A DNA stretch of 49,714 nt from Diploschistes diacapsis. Its lineage: Eukaryota. The notes below the pieces were generated by a model. That model was not told the origin of the DNA. It did not search any database and was given only the letters and a program-made list of their open reading frames with translations. This document shows positions 49,677-49,714 of this stretch, piece by piece; the stretch's first letter is position 1, and each line of letters begins with the position of its first letter. Where the stretch lies: positions 1-49,714 of the forward strand of contig JALAIB010000016.1 of assembly GCA_023645945.1 (NCBI GenBank), in the 5' to 3' direction. The position numbers and the translations under genes were made by a program.

Positions 49677-49714
49677 TAACGTGTTTCACGGGGATTCCGG
49701 CCACCCCCCGATTC
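49677..49714. mobile_element. Start of a Fot1/Pot2 (pogo, Tc1-mariner)-type terminal inverted repeat, truncated by the window end
   Basis: TA followed by ACGT..GATTCCGGCCACCCCCCGATTC. The TA target, ACGT terminus and internal GATTC repeat resemble fungal Fot1/Pot2/Vader TIRs. The other end is not visible. Confidence 0.55.

Overview
Gene-dense, intron-rich chromosomal DNA from a filamentous ascomycete (Pezizomycotina; Eurotiomycetes-like, inferred from protein similarity). I read about 18 protein-coding genes across GT-AG introns with CTRAC branch sites: INP1-like, usgS, fmdS, RAD54, delta-8 sphingolipid desaturase, LPD1, SGD1/NOM1, SRP14, Gbp2/Hrb1 (SnxA)-like, COQ9, Mtf2-like, ELYS-like, SMC4, a NYN/PIN-like protein, a mitochondrial carrier, a PGM2-like mutase, an M19 dipeptidase and CMR1/WDR76. 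There are also two pseudogenes (SRR1-like and GH78 rhamnosidase) and transposon remnants at the right edge. The standout is a tRNA-Gln(CTG) gene at 42879-42997 (-). It is interrupted in the D-stem by a 47-nt intron that looks spliceosomal (GTAAGT...CTAAC...TAG) rather than like a tRNA-endonuclease intron. Other oddities are a TT-AG intron in fmdS, micro-exons and possible poison acceptors in the SR-like Gbp2/Hrb1 gene, and a possibly intron-split start codon in RAD54. All family assignments come from motif recognition by eye; no database searches were run.
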